Assembly (NCBI GenBank): GCA_965226795.1
Contig: CBDDDZ010000005.1
Location: forward strand, 1,312,001-1,376,000
Direction of reading: 5' to 3'
DNA: 64,000 nt
Source of the DNA: Candidatus Latescibacterota bacterium
GTDB taxonomy: Bacteria; Latescibacterota; UBA2968; GCA-2709665
In this document: positions 50,233 to 59,896 of the stretch, piece by piece
How positions within the stretch are numbered: the first letter of the stretch is position 1
Layout of the letters: each line of letters begins with the position of its first letter
The notes under the pieces: model-generated
Database searches by the model: none
Told to the model about the DNA's origin: nothing
The model's input: only the letters and a program-made list of their open reading frames with translations
Translations under genes and position numbers: made by a program

Positions 50233-51660
50233 TTAGACAAGAGCGAACTGCTCTTCGGTTGGTTCCGCTCAGCAATACCACGGCTCGGTGAGGCGGGGAA
50301 GGGATTGGCGGTTCGAGTCAATTCCTGAATCGAACTCTGGGGCCGGGCGGCCCAACAGGTGGTGGACGTACGACTGGATTCTATGGAAAATTTCTCGTCG
50401 GCTGGTGTCTTGATTCTGAAGCCGGGTGACCAACCGGGTGAGTTCGTGTTGGAGCCGATCCAACCGGACATCCGGATGTGCCCACGGATATGACAGGGTT
50501 TCGGGTGCGAAGGTTTCCACCAGGTCCCGAATCTCGGCAAGGCCCAGGAGTCTTGAGCCTTTGGGGATGAGCAGCCGTATCGTGAGCTGTACGGGAGAGA
50601 CGTTCTCGATCAGGTCAAGGCCCGCGAGGGTGTCCAGAAAGCCGGCATAGTGCTCCATGGTGACCCAGGGCGTGAACGGGATGAACGTCGGATTCATGAC
50701 GAGTTCGTGTCGTCGGAAGAGATGCACGACTTCGATGAAGTCGTCGACTGTATGGCCCTTGTCCAACCGCGCGAGGACCCGGTCGTCGAGGGACTCCACG
50801 GCGGTCGTGACAATCGCGCACCCGGTATCTTTGAGGAGGGGCAGATAACGGCTATACCCTAGCAGATGTTCGATTTTGACGGTGATATCGTAGGTGACAT
50901 CGGGAAATTTTTCGTGGAGCCTTGTCAAAACTGGTATGGCGTGGCCGATACCGTTGAAGAAGTCGGGATCACCAAACGTGATGTGGCCGGCCCCCGCGGC
51001 GACCTGTTTCGCAATGTCGTCCAGCACGGTCTCCGGTTGCACAATACGGAATCTGCCCCTGTACACGGGCACCACGGGACAATGGCGGCAGAGATGTTTG
51101 CAACCTCGGCTGGCCTCCGTATAGCCGACGGTTGTGAGATGGCCGTCCTCTGTGGATAGTTGCGCGTATCGGGAGAGGTCCGGCAGGCCTGTCCGGTCGG
51201 GCGGAAGAAACCGCTGCCTGGCCAGGGAAACGACGGGCTCTTCCTGGTCTGGGGTGGCGCTCGAGGCCCCTCGCAGGCGCCTGCAGAGTTGAAGCAGTCC
51301 GTTTTCGAATTCTCCGCCGAGAATGGTCTGGGCGCCCACGCTTCGCAGGAAGGATTCGTTCACGGATGCATAGAGCCCATAGAAACAGAGGTGGGCGTTG
51401 GCATTCTGTTCGCGGGTTCTTAAGGCAAGCGGTACGGCAAGTCGCGTTGCCGTGTGCATTGGCACGTAGAATGCCACCAGATCGGCGTCCCGAACGGCCT
51501 CTTCAGGAAAATCGTCTATTGAAACGTCAGCCAGGACAACGTCGAAGCCCGCCCTCCGCAACCATCCGGCCGGCGAGGCCAAACCGAATGGCTGACGACC
51601 CAATTCGTAGGTGGATACGAGCACGACTTTGAATGGACGCAATGGGGAGATGGTAGGCAT
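50233..51660 (-). CDS. CUAEP-tail radical SAM selenoprotein (B12-binding-like N-domain + radical SAM; in-frame TGA at 50271-50269 read as Sec)
   Basis: CKHLCRHC (CxxxCxxC). The tail reads TGG TAT TGC TGA GCG GAA CCA ACC GAA GAG CAG TTC GCT CTT GTC TAA = W-Y-C-U-A-E-P-T-E-E-Q-F-A-L-V-stop, giving 475 aa. Confidence 0.85.
50239..50255 (-). promoter_or_regulatory. Putative bacterial SECIS hairpin
   Basis: On the minus strand, 13 nt after the TGA: stem AAGAGC, loop AGTTC (G at position 2), stem GCTCTT. The loop lies 19 nt from the UGA. Confidence 0.65.
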
Positions 51661-51675
51661 CCCTTGTTCATCCTG

Positions 51676-51722
51676 AAAAAAACGGCAGACACGGGGACGA
51701 CCCCCACGAAGTCTGCCGTTTT
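51676..51722 (-). terminator. Intrinsic terminator after nfuA
   Basis: Minus strand reads AAAACGGCAGAC...GTCTGCCG followed by TTTTTTT. Confidence 0.72.
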
Positions 51723-51735
51723 ATGTATGCTGTTG

Positions 51736-52320
51736 TTATTTTGAGGATTGGTAGTACGGGTTCGTGCCACCCGCGTGTTCGGTCACGTCGAGGATCTCTT
51801 CAATTTCGGGCACGGCCTCCTTGATGAGGACTTCGACACCCTGTTTGAGCGTGACATCCACCATGCCGCAACCCTGGCATCCTCCACCGAACTGGATGTA
51901 CGCTCTATTGTCCTTTACGTCGATCAACGAAATATGACCACCGTGCGAGGCAACGCTGGGGTTGATCTTCTCGTCGATAATGTTCTGGATCTTCTCTGCA
52001 GTGGTGCCTTTCAGATGCGAGGGAACCTTGTTGGGATTCTCTATCTTGAAACCTCGGCCCATCAGGCTGTCCACATAGTCCAGAATAATGTCCTCGGCAT
52101 ACGGGGCGCTTTCCTGGTCGACGTAGATATTGAACCCGTCGAACGGCGTGACGACGTCGTCTTCTTCTTCCTGCCCGTCGGCGATAAAGGCGAGTCGGTA
52201 GCTGGCCTGCAGAGGCGATACCGCCTCTGCTTTGACACGAACGCCAACGATGGCCGATTCCTGGTTCCTGATAAGGTTGACGACCTCCTTCTTCGCGGCT
52301 TCGGTTACGGTGATGTTCAT
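51736..52320 (-). CDS. nfuA: NfuA-type Fe-S cluster carrier
   Basis: Cys-free A-type N-domain (ITVTEAA...GFKIENPN) plus NifU-C domain INPSVASHGG...GGGCQGC. Confidence 0.88.
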   Translation of the reverse strand: MNITVTEAAKKEVVNLIRNQESAIVGVRVKAEAVSPLQASYRLAFIADGQEEEDDVVTPFDGFNIYVDQESAPYAEDIILDYVDSLMGRGFKIENPNKVPSHLKGTTAEKIQNIIDEKINPSVASHGGHISLIDVKDNRAYIQFGGGCQGCGMVDVTLKQGVEVLIKEAVPEIEEILDVTEHAGGTNPYYQSSK

Positions 52321-52360
52321 ATCGACCTTCCCCTTAGAGAGGTGTACTTTGCCAGGGCGG

Positions 52361-52855
52361 TCAGGACTCAAGCGCCACTGTCGGTCTTGCAGGATGTTCG
52401 CGGTCTATTTTCTCCTGGATTTTCATCAGCGCGAACAACAGGTCTTCAGGCCGGGGCGGGCAGCCGGGCACGTAGATATCCACCGGCAAGAACTGATCGA
52501 CGCCCTGAACCAGCGTATACGTATTGAAAACGCCTCCGGACGATGCGCAGGCACCCATCGAAATCACCCACTTCGGATCCGGCATCTGATCGTAGATCTT
52601 CTTGAGAACCGGCATCATCTTGATCGAAATTCGACCTGATACAATGAGCAAGTCGGACTGCCGTGGCGAGAACCGCACAGCTTCCGCGCCGAAGCGAGCC
52701 ATGTCGAAGCGTCCGGAAAGCGTGGCCATCATTTCGATGGCGCAGCAAGCCGTGCCGAATGGCATTGGCCAGAGGGATGACTTGCGCGCCCAGTTAATCA
52801 TTTTGGACAGAGTGGTTGTGAAAACGTTATCGCCAAGGCCCGTCTCAAGTCCCAT
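52361..52855 (-). CDS. nuoB: Second, stand-alone NuoB-family Fe-S protein within the SUF operon
   Basis: [30 protein letters not shown] and [10 protein letters not shown] motifs. Confidence 0.9.
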   Translation of the reverse strand: MGLETGLGDNVFTTTLSKMINWARKSSLWPMPFGTACCAIEMMATLSGRFDMARFGAEAVRFSPRQSDLLIVSGRISIKMMPVLKKIYDQMPDPKWVISMGACASSGGVFNTYTLVQGVDQFLPVDIYVPGCPPRPEDLLFALMKIQEKIDREHPARPTVALES

Positions 52856-52961
52856 TGATCACCTCTGACAGAAGGGTTGGAAACGTCACGTGAGTTGTCC
52901 GTCGCCGGCGGAGAGTCCCCGACGAACCTTCGGGTTGGCACAACCCGCCCGCGGCGTTTTG

Positions 52962-53441
52962 CTAACCCGAAACCTGAATCAGCTCGTCCGTCACGTTCTG
53001 CAAACAGGCATCCATGGACTGTTCTTCTCCCAGCAGATCATTCAGTGTAACACGGCTCAGAATCTGGTCAATCATGGACTGTACCGAGGTCCACAGCGAA
53101 CGTATCGAACAGTCTACCGAGTGCGTACATAGTGCTTCCTGGCCGGCGTGTTCCTCGCAGAATTCTGGAGTGAACAGACGACCGCCGAGCGCGGACAGTA
53201 CGTCGCCAACCACAATCAGGTCAGCGGATTGCGCGAGTCTGTACCCTCCGGCCTGACCTCGAAGGCTTTCCACGTATCCCCCCAGCCGCAGAAGACGCAT
53301 CAGCTTGGCGACATTGGGGGCTGAGAGGCCTTCAATCTGGCTGATCTCAGATATGGAGAGGCTCCCGCCGGTTTCTTTCTGCCTCCGGCCTATCTGAAGC
53401 AGGCACCGCAGCCCGTATTCTTCCCCGGCGCTCAATTTCAT
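52962..53441 (-). CDS. Rrf2-family (IscR-like) transcriptional regulator
   Basis: EEYGLRCL, VESLRGQAGGYRLA and three Cys in FCEEHAGQEALCTHSVDC. Confidence 0.88.
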   Translation of the reverse strand: MKLSAGEEYGLRCLLQIGRRQKETGGSLSISEISQIEGLSAPNVAKLMRLLRLGGYVESLRGQAGGYRLAQSADLIVVGDVLSALGGRLFTPEFCEEHAGQEALCTHSVDCSIRSLWTSVQSMIDQILSRVTLNDLLGEEQSMDACLQNVTDELIQVSG

Positions 53442-53575
53442 GGCTCTATAGCTTTCATGGATGGGTTGGAAGACCGATTTAATCCATAGGGCTCCACGGA
53501 TCCGGAAAGAACGCGTCGTCGGCCCCCGCGACCGCGACGTGTAGGGGGGGGGTGTGGCGCGGCTTCGGGAGCCGC

Positions 53576-54085
53576 CTAAAGCAGTCCGAGCTCCAGTCTT
53601 GCGGCTTCGGACATCATCTCCGGGTTCCACGGCGGATCGAAGGTCAGATCCAGGCTGACGTCTCGTACACCGGAAACCGATCGGGTGGCGCTTTCAACTT
53701 GCCCGGGCAAGATACCCGCGGCCGGACAGGCGGGGGAGGTCAGGGTCATCTGGAGGTAGGTCATCCCGGTGGGTTCGACCTTGATTTCGTAAATGAGGCC
53801 GATGTCGTAAATGTTGACCGGAATTTCCGGGTCGAAGACCGTGCGATGGGCCGCGATAATGTTCTCCCTGACGACTTCGGTGTCTATCGGATCGTCGGAC
53901 TCGGCCGCGGTCTCGCCCGCTTCGGCCATCTCTTGCTTTTCTTCCTGGCGTCTGGCGGTGTGCGCTTCCAGCGCGCTGGTGTCGACGGGATTCACCTCGT
54001 CTGCCGCGTTGGTATTCGACTCGTCGTTTGGTGGCGAATCGCCTTCTTCGTTCCTGTACAGTCGGTTCAGCAGTCGTTGGAGCAC
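53576..54085 (-). CDS. sufT: DUF59/SufT-like Fe-S assembly protein with acidic N-terminal extension
   Basis: VFDPEIPVNIYDIGLIY, MTLTSPACP and FDPPWNPEMMSEAARLELG. GTG start follows GGGAG. Confidence 0.85.
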   Translation of the reverse strand: MLQRLLNRLYRNEEGDSPPNDESNTNAADEVNPVDTSALEAHTARRQEEKQEMAEAGETAAESDDPIDTEVVRENIIAAHRTVFDPEIPVNIYDIGLIYEIKVEPTGMTYLQMTLTSPACPAAGILPGQVESATRSVSGVRDVSLDLTFDPPWNPEMMSEAARLELGLL

Positions 54086-54108
54086 GATGGATTTCTCCCG
54101 ATGGAAGC

Positions 54109-54564
54109 CTACTCGGTGGTTACCGGCAATTCGCGGATTTCGAGTGCAGCCACGAGGGTGTGCCATGCCAGGGTTGCGCATTTGATGCGCACCGGAAACT
54201 CTCTCACGCCTGCAAAAACTGCCAGTTTGCCGATACCGTCGGTGACGGGTTCGTTCGAAACGTCGCTGGTGACCAGGTCGCGGAACTTTCCGAAGAGCGA
54301 TTGGGCTTCCTGAAGGGTCCGTCCCTTGACCGCGTCGGTCATCAGAGACGCCGACGCTTTGAAGATGGCACATCCGGCACCCTGAAACGCGATATCTTCA
54401 ATGTGGTCGCCGTCGAGTTTGACGAAGAGGTTCAAATGATCGCCACACAACGGGTTGTACCCTGCGGACGTTCGATCCGCGCCGGTCATGGACCGGTAGT
54501 TGCGCGGACTCCGGTTGTGGTCCAGAATGACTTGTTGGTAGAGTTCACGGAGATCGGACATCAT
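54109..54564 (-). CDS. sufU: SUF system NifU-family protein SufU
   Basis: LYQQVILDH, NPLCGD, GCAIFKASAS and RIKCATLAW motifs. Confidence 0.92.
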   Translation of the reverse strand: MMSDLRELYQQVILDHNRSPRNYRSMTGADRTSAGYNPLCGDHLNLFVKLDGDHIEDIAFQGAGCAIFKASASLMTDAVKGRTLQEAQSLFGKFRDLVTSDVSNEPVTDGIGKLAVFAGVREFPVRIKCATLAWHTLVAALEIRELPVTTE

Positions 54565-55841
54565 CGGAAGACCTCATTGGTCGTGTGCAACGCCCGTACA
54601 AGCGTGTCGATGTCTTCCCGCGTATTGTAAAACGCAGTCGCCGCCCGGGTCGTCGCCGAAATGTTGAAGTGCCGCATGACAGGTTGGGCGCAATGGTGTC
54701 CAGCACGTACTGCCACGCCTTGCTGATCGACGATGGTGCCGACGTCATGGGGGTGTACACCGTCCATAACGAAGGAGACGACGCTGATTTTCTCTTCAGC
54801 TGTTCCAATGATTCTCAACCCTGGTATCTCGGAAAGGGCGTCCGTCGCATAGGCCAGCAGGTCGTTCTCGTAAGCCGCGGCCGCTTCCAGGTCGATCCGG
54901 TTCAAATAGTCGATGGCAGCGCCCAGGCCGATACAACCGGCAATATGGGGTGTGCCGGCCTCGAAGCGGGCGGGTGGATCGGCATAGGTAGTTTTTTCGA
55001 GCGAAACTTCACGAATCATGCCGCCCCCGCCCTTGTAGGGCGGCATCGATTCAAGCAGTTCACTTCTCCCGTAAAGAACCCCGATGCCGGTCGGACCGTA
55101 TAGCTTGTGCCCCGAAAAGGCGTAGAAGTCGCATCCGAGCGCCTGTACGTCCACTTTGAAATGGGGGACCGCCTGTGCCCCATCCAGGAGAACGGGGATA
55201 CCGCGATCATGTGCCAGTTCCACGATTTCGGCGACCGGATTGAGGGTGCCAAGGACGTTCGACACGTGTACGACAGCCACAAGTTTCGTACGCTCATTCA
55301 GCCGTCTTTCAACCTCGTCGATCTGGAAATCGCCCCGGTCACAAATGGGTATAACCCGCAATCGTGCACCTTTTTCCTCGCAGAGCATCTGCCACGGAAC
55401 GATGTTTGAGTGGTGTTCCATGGTGGAAACGAGGATTTCGTCGCCGGCTTCCACGCATTTGCGTCCAAATGTCTGGGCGACCAGATTGATGCTGTCCGTC
55501 GTGCCGCTGGTGAAGATGATTTCCCGGTCGTGGGCCGCGTTCAGAAACTGGCGGACCTTGCTGCGTGCCCCTTCGTAGGAATCCGTTGCAAGCTGGCTGA
55601 GAAGATGAACCCCGCGATGTACGTTGGCATTGGCCGTTTCGTAAAAGACTTCAAGGACGTCCAGTACGTCCCTGGGCTTCTGGGTTGTCGCGGCGTTGTC
55701 GAGGTAGACCAGCGGATGGCCCCGAATGGATTGGCCTAGAACCGGAAAATCCCGACGGATACGGTAAGGATCGAAAGGCCCCGCGCGTTCGATGAGCGGG
55801 CAGGCAAGCCGTTCGGCCAGGGTATGTGCTGTTAGGCTCAT
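54561..55841 (-). CDS. sufS: SufS cysteine desulfurase
   Basis: YLDNAATTQKP, SGHKLYGPTG and RAGHHCAQP motifs. ATGA overlap with sufD. Confidence 0.95.
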   Translation of the reverse strand: MSLTAHTLAERLACPLIERAGPFDPYRIRRDFPVLGQSIRGHPLVYLDNAATTQKPRDVLDVLEVFYETANANVHRGVHLLSQLATDSYEGARSKVRQFLNAAHDREIIFTSGTTDSINLVAQTFGRKCVEAGDEILVSTMEHHSNIVPWQMLCEEKGARLRVIPICDRGDFQIDEVERRLNERTKLVAVVHVSNVLGTLNPVAEIVELAHDRGIPVLLDGAQAVPHFKVDVQALGCDFYAFSGHKLYGPTGIGVLYGRSELLESMPPYKGGGGMIREVSLEKTTYADPPARFEAGTPHIAGCIGLGAAIDYLNRIDLEAAAAYENDLLAYATDALSEIPGLRIIGTAEEKISVVSFVMDGVHPHDVGTIVDQQGVAVRAGHHCAQPVMRHFNISATTRAATAFYNTREDIDTLVRALHTTNEVFR

Positions 55842-57163
55842 GGCATGTTTCCGGCGTTTTGCGCCTGTTCGAATCTGTCCATTACAATACGTTCGAGATA
55901 GTCCCGAACGGAATCGGGTTTGATTCTGTTCAGGATGTCGACCGCGAATGCATGTACAAGGATGCGCTGTGCGGTTGCGTGACTCAACCCGCGAGAGCGC
56001 AGGTAAAAGACCGCGTTCTGATCGAGTTGCCCAATTGTTGCGCCGTGGGAGCACTTGACCTGATCGGCGTAGATTTCGAGTTGGGGTTTGGTATTGATAC
56101 CGGCGCCGTCCGAAATGAGCAGGCTCTGGTTGCTCTGATAGGCGTCGGTCTCCTGGGCTTTCCGGTGGACGTGAATCTTGCCGCGAAAGACGCCGCTGGA
56201 CCTGCCCCCGAGAATTCCCTTGTAGAGTTCGTGGCTGCTGCAATTCGGCTCGGCGTGTTCGATCAGGGTATGGTTGTCGATATGCTGCTCGTTGTCGGTC
56301 AGATAGAAGCCGTTGACCGTGGCTTCACCGGCTTCACCGGCCAGCAACACGTTGACTTCGTTGCGCACCAGTTTGCCGCCCAGAGAAATGGCGTGCGTGG
56401 ACAGATTGCTCCCGGCACCCAAACGGCTTTGCATCGTGGCGATATGAAACGCCTCGGGGCTCTCCAGTTCCAGCTTGTAGTGATCCACCACCGTACGGTC
56501 GTCGGCGATGACTTCGGTCACCGCGTTTGAGAAATAGGCGCCGCCGCCGGTATAGGTTTCGACTACCGTGGCCTGGCTGTCTTCTTCAGCCAGGACAAGC
56601 GTGCGGGGGTGTGAAATGGAAGGACCGCCTGAAGGGATTGAAATAAACAAGATGTGAATGGGAGATTCGACAGCCGTGCCCCGTGGGATATATACACAGG
56701 CACCATCCTGCAGAAATGCGGTGTTGAGCGCGACGAAGGCGTGCTCTTCGTACGCCGCGTGTCGCGCGATATGGGTTTCCACCCATTCGGGTTCGGAGGC
56801 CATCAATTCGGACAGACTGCACACCCGCACGCCGTGTGGGAGGTTCCCCGTGCGGGAATATTCGGCACTGTAGAAGCCGTTGACGAAAACCAGGCGCGTG
56901 GCTGCCAGTTCCTGGATGGCATCTTCCGTTTTCCAGACCCGACGTACATCTGCCGCCGTTGTTGTGCGAAACGATGTACGGACAAGCGGTGCAACATTTG
57001 TGTGAAACCACGCTTCGTCCCTCGTCCCCGGAAACCCGAGTTCCGCGAATCGTCCGATTGCAGACTTGCGGAGTGCGTGCAACGGCGTGGCGGACCGTCC
57101 GTTCAGGCTCTCTTCAAAGATGGCAAATGCGGAAAGATAGGCGTGTGTGCCTTTGTTCACCAT
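55838..57163 (-). CDS. sufD: Fe-S cluster assembly protein SufD
   Basis: FVALNTAF, KPQLEIYADQVKCSHGATIG and FYLRSRG motifs. Confidence 0.93.
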   Translation of the reverse strand: MVNKGTHAYLSAFAIFEESLNGRSATPLHALRKSAIGRFAELGFPGTRDEAWFHTNVAPLVRTSFRTTTAADVRRVWKTEDAIQELAATRLVFVNGFYSAEYSRTGNLPHGVRVCSLSELMASEPEWVETHIARHAAYEEHAFVALNTAFLQDGACVYIPRGTAVESPIHILFISIPSGGPSISHPRTLVLAEEDSQATVVETYTGGGAYFSNAVTEVIADDRTVVDHYKLELESPEAFHIATMQSRLGAGSNLSTHAISLGGKLVRNEVNVLLAGEAGEATVNGFYLTDNEQHIDNHTLIEHAEPNCSSHELYKGILGGRSSGVFRGKIHVHRKAQETDAYQSNQSLLISDGAGINTKPQLEIYADQVKCSHGATIGQLDQNAVFYLRSRGLSHATAQRILVHAFAVDILNRIKPDSVRDYLERIVMDRFEQAQNAGNMP

Positions 57164-57179
57164 GGTGCGACAACCTCCT

Positions 57180-57953
57180 TTAAGCACGGGCGAATCTGGC
57201 TGTAGACTCTTCGCGAATCCAATCGTAGCCTTCCGCTTCCAGCTTCTGGGCGAGTTCAATTCCACCGGATTTGACAATCCGGCCCTTGAGAAGAACATGC
57301 ACGGCGTCCGGCACGATGTAGTCTAGCAGCCGCTGGTAGTGGGTGACCACAAGAACCGCGCTCCCGGGGTTTTTCTGGTGAAGCGTGTTCACACCGTTGG
57401 CCACGATCTTCAGGGCGTCGATATCCAAGCCGGAGTCCGTTTCGTCCATAATGGCCAGCCTGGGTTCGAGCATTGCCATCTGGAATATTTCATTTCGTTT
57501 TTTTTCGCCGCCGGAAAAGCCTTCGTTGACCGCCCGATTGAGAAAAGTCGGGTCCATTTCCACTAGTTTGAGCTTTTCCTTGGAAAGAGCGAGAAAGTCC
57601 ATCGCATCGAGTGTACCCTGTCCGCGTACTTTTCGAAGTTCATTGAGCGCAGTCCGGAGAAAATAGGCGCTATTGACGCCGGGAATTTCCACCGGGTACT
57701 GAAAAGCCATGAAAACGCCGGCCTGGGCGCGTTCTTCCGGGTTCAACTCCAACAGGTCTTCGCCTTCGTAGAGAATCTCGCCCCGCGTCACTTCGTATTC
57801 TTCCCGACCGGCCAATACCTGGGCAAGGGTGCTTTTTCCGGATCCATTGGGACCCATAATAGCGTGGATTTCGCCAGCGTTGATTTTCAGGTCGATGCCG
57901 GAAAGGATGCCGGTTCCGTCGACGCTTGCGTGGAGGTCGTTGATTTCGAGCAT
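57180..57953 (-). CDS. sufC: Fe-S cluster assembly ATPase SufC
   Basis: [29 protein letters not shown] and THYQRLL motifs. Confidence 0.96.
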   Translation of the reverse strand: MLEINDLHASVDGTGILSGIDLKINAGEIHAIMGPNGSGKSTLAQVLAGREEYEVTRGEILYEGEDLLELNPEERAQAGVFMAFQYPVEIPGVNSAYFLRTALNELRKVRGQGTLDAMDFLALSKEKLKLVEMDPTFLNRAVNEGFSGGEKKRNEIFQMAMLEPRLAIMDETDSGLDIDALKIVANGVNTLHQKNPGSAVLVVTHYQRLLDYIVPDAVHVLLKGRIVKSGGIELAQKLEAEGYDWIREESTARFARA

Positions 57954-58091
57954 GTGTGTTCCTTTTTGTAAACTGCCCTTGTTGCAGCCGTGAGGCGCTG
58001 CCTGACGGGGCGTTTTCTTAGGCCTTCAGCGACGCCTTCGATGGGTTTGCAGATCCTCTCTACGTCGCCTGGGCGCGTTTCCCCTTGCGCT

Positions 58092-59558
58092 TTATCCCAC
58101 GCTGCCTTCCAGGCTGATGCCAAGCAACTTCTGCGCTTCGACGGCGAATTCCATAGGGAGTTCGGCCAGCACTTCCCTGCAGAAGCCGTTGACGATCATG
58201 GAGACGGCGTCTTCGGTGGAGATGCCGCGCTGGTTGCAGTAGAAAATTTGATCTTCACCGATTTTTGACGTGGAGGCTTCGTGCTCTACCTGAGAAGATG
58301 TGTTTCTCACGTCGATGTACGGGAAGGTGTGAGCCCCGCAACGGTCGCCGATGAGCATGGAGTCGCATTGGGTGAAGTTTCGGGCGTTCGTTGCGCCTTT
58401 TAGAACCTGAACCCGGCCCCGATAGGTATTCTGACCGTTCTTGGCGGAGATGCCTTTCGAAATGATGGTGCTGCGCGTGTTCTTACCCAGATGTATCATT
58501 TTCGTGCCTGTATCGGCCTGTTGGCGCCCGCTGGTTACGGCCACGGAGTAGAATTCGCCGATGGAGTTGTCGCCTTGGAGAATGCAACTGGGATACTTCC
58601 AGGTGATGGCAGATCCGGTTTCAACCTGGGTCCAGGAGATTTTGGCGTTGGCGCCTCGGCAGGCCCCGCGTTTGGTGACAAAGTTGTAGATCCCGCCAAC
58701 ACCGTTTTCGTCTCCCGGATACCAGTTTTGAACGGTCGAGTATTTGATCTGCGCATTGTCGAGGGCAACCAGTTCCACGACGGCGGCATGGAGCTGATTC
58801 TCGTCCCTCTTGGGGGCCGTGCAACCTTCGAGATACGATACGTACGCCCCGTCTTCGGCGACGATCAGCGTCCTCTCGAACTGGCCTGTATTGGCTGCGT
58901 TGATGCGGAAGTACGTGGACAGTTCCATGGGGCACCGCACACCCCGGGGGATGTAGCAGAAGGAGCCGTCCGTAAAGACCGCGGAGTTGAGAGCGGCGAA
59001 GAAATTGTCATTGTAGGGCACGACCGAACCGAGGTATTTCTTCACCAGGTCGGGGTGTTCCTGTACGGCTTCCGAGAACGAGCAGAAAATGATGCCCAGG
59101 TCAGCCAGCTTGTCCTTAAACGTCGTTGCCACGGAAACGCTGTCGAAAACGGCGTCGACCGCCACGCCGGCAAGTATCTTCTGCTCTAAGAGAGGGATGC
59201 CCAATTTCTCATACGTACTCAGGATTTCAGGGTCAACCTCGTCGAGGCTCTGGAGCGAGTCCTGTTTTTTGGGTGCGGAGTAATAGATGATTTTCTGATA
59301 GTCAATGTCCGGATAGTCGACCATGGCCCACTGGCGGCTTCGTTTGCGGCGGGTCGGATCGTCCATTTTGAGCCAGTTGCGATAGGCCTTGAGGCGCCAC
59401 TGCAACAGCCAGTCGGGTTCGCTTTTCTTCTCGGAAATAAACGCGATAATATCTTCATTCAGACCAGGGGGCGCTTCGTCCGTCTCGATATCGGTTATGA
59501 ACCCGTATTTATACTCTCCGGTTGCCAGTTCTTCAATTTCCTGCAATTGTTCGCTCAT
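58092..59558 (-). CDS. sufB: Fe-S cluster assembly protein SufB
   Basis: [28 protein letters not shown] and [10 protein letters not shown] motifs. Confidence 0.96.
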   Translation of the reverse strand: MSEQLQEIEELATGEYKYGFITDIETDEAPPGLNEDIIAFISEKKSEPDWLLQWRLKAYRNWLKMDDPTRRKRSRQWAMVDYPDIDYQKIIYYSAPKKQDSLQSLDEVDPEILSTYEKLGIPLLEQKILAGVAVDAVFDSVSVATTFKDKLADLGIIFCSFSEAVQEHPDLVKKYLGSVVPYNDNFFAALNSAVFTDGSFCYIPRGVRCPMELSTYFRINAANTGQFERTLIVAEDGAYVSYLEGCTAPKRDENQLHAAVVELVALDNAQIKYSTVQNWYPGDENGVGGIYNFVTKRGACRGANAKISWTQVETGSAITWKYPSCILQGDNSIGEFYSVAVTSGRQQADTGTKMIHLGKNTRSTIISKGISAKNGQNTYRGRVQVLKGATNARNFTQCDSMLIGDRCGAHTFPYIDVRNTSSQVEHEASTSKIGEDQIFYCNQRGISTEDAVSMIVNGFCREVLAELPMEFAVEAQKLLGISLEGSVG

Positions 59559-59643
59559 CGGGCGCTCCATATATCGCATGAAAGGGCATTGGTTTTGTTG
59601 TTGTCTGTGCGACGCGACGATAACGTTTCCTGAATTCAAGCTT

Positions 59644-59672
59644 AACATACCCAATCCGTAACCACGTGTCAA
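59644..59672 (-). promoter_or_regulatory. Putative sigma70 promoter of the suf operon
   Basis: TTGACA-17 nt-TATGTT on the minus strand, about 85 nt upstream of sufB. Confidence 0.6.
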
Positions 59673-59767
59673 GATTAAAAATGTACTAAAAAGTCAAGTT
59701 TGGCGGATCCGGTATCACGAGGGTTCGGCTCTGCCGGGGGAATGAATGCACGAGAGGTGCTTTTCTC

Positions 59768-59797
59768 TTGACAGATGCGCCAGGATTTCGCTAAATT
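59768..59797 (+). promoter_or_regulatory. Putative sigma70 promoter of the nuo operon
   Basis: TTGACA-18 nt-TAAATT, about 100 nt upstream of nuoA. Confidence 0.5.
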
Positions 59798-59896
59798 ATC
59801 GCCGTCCGTTCGGAAAGCAGATAACGACGGATTGAAGGACTGCCCAACATGTGAGTGCCTTTTCATAAGCGTTGCTCATCGGGAGGTTCCGATACG

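Noticed and set aside
50269..51660. ORF-track 463-aa end of the radical SAM protein at TGA 50269
   Set aside because: The C-TGA-AEP tail and SECIS-like hairpin indicate Sec readthrough to TAA at 50233.
51736..52855. Possible NuoB-NfuA readthrough fusion at the nuoB TGA
   Set aside because: The two genes are in different frames, and nfuA has its own start at 52320.
53544..53552. G9 homopolymer upstream of rrf2 as a phase-variation tract
   Set aside because: It is intergenic, with no evident promoter elements flanking it, and is unsupported without read data.
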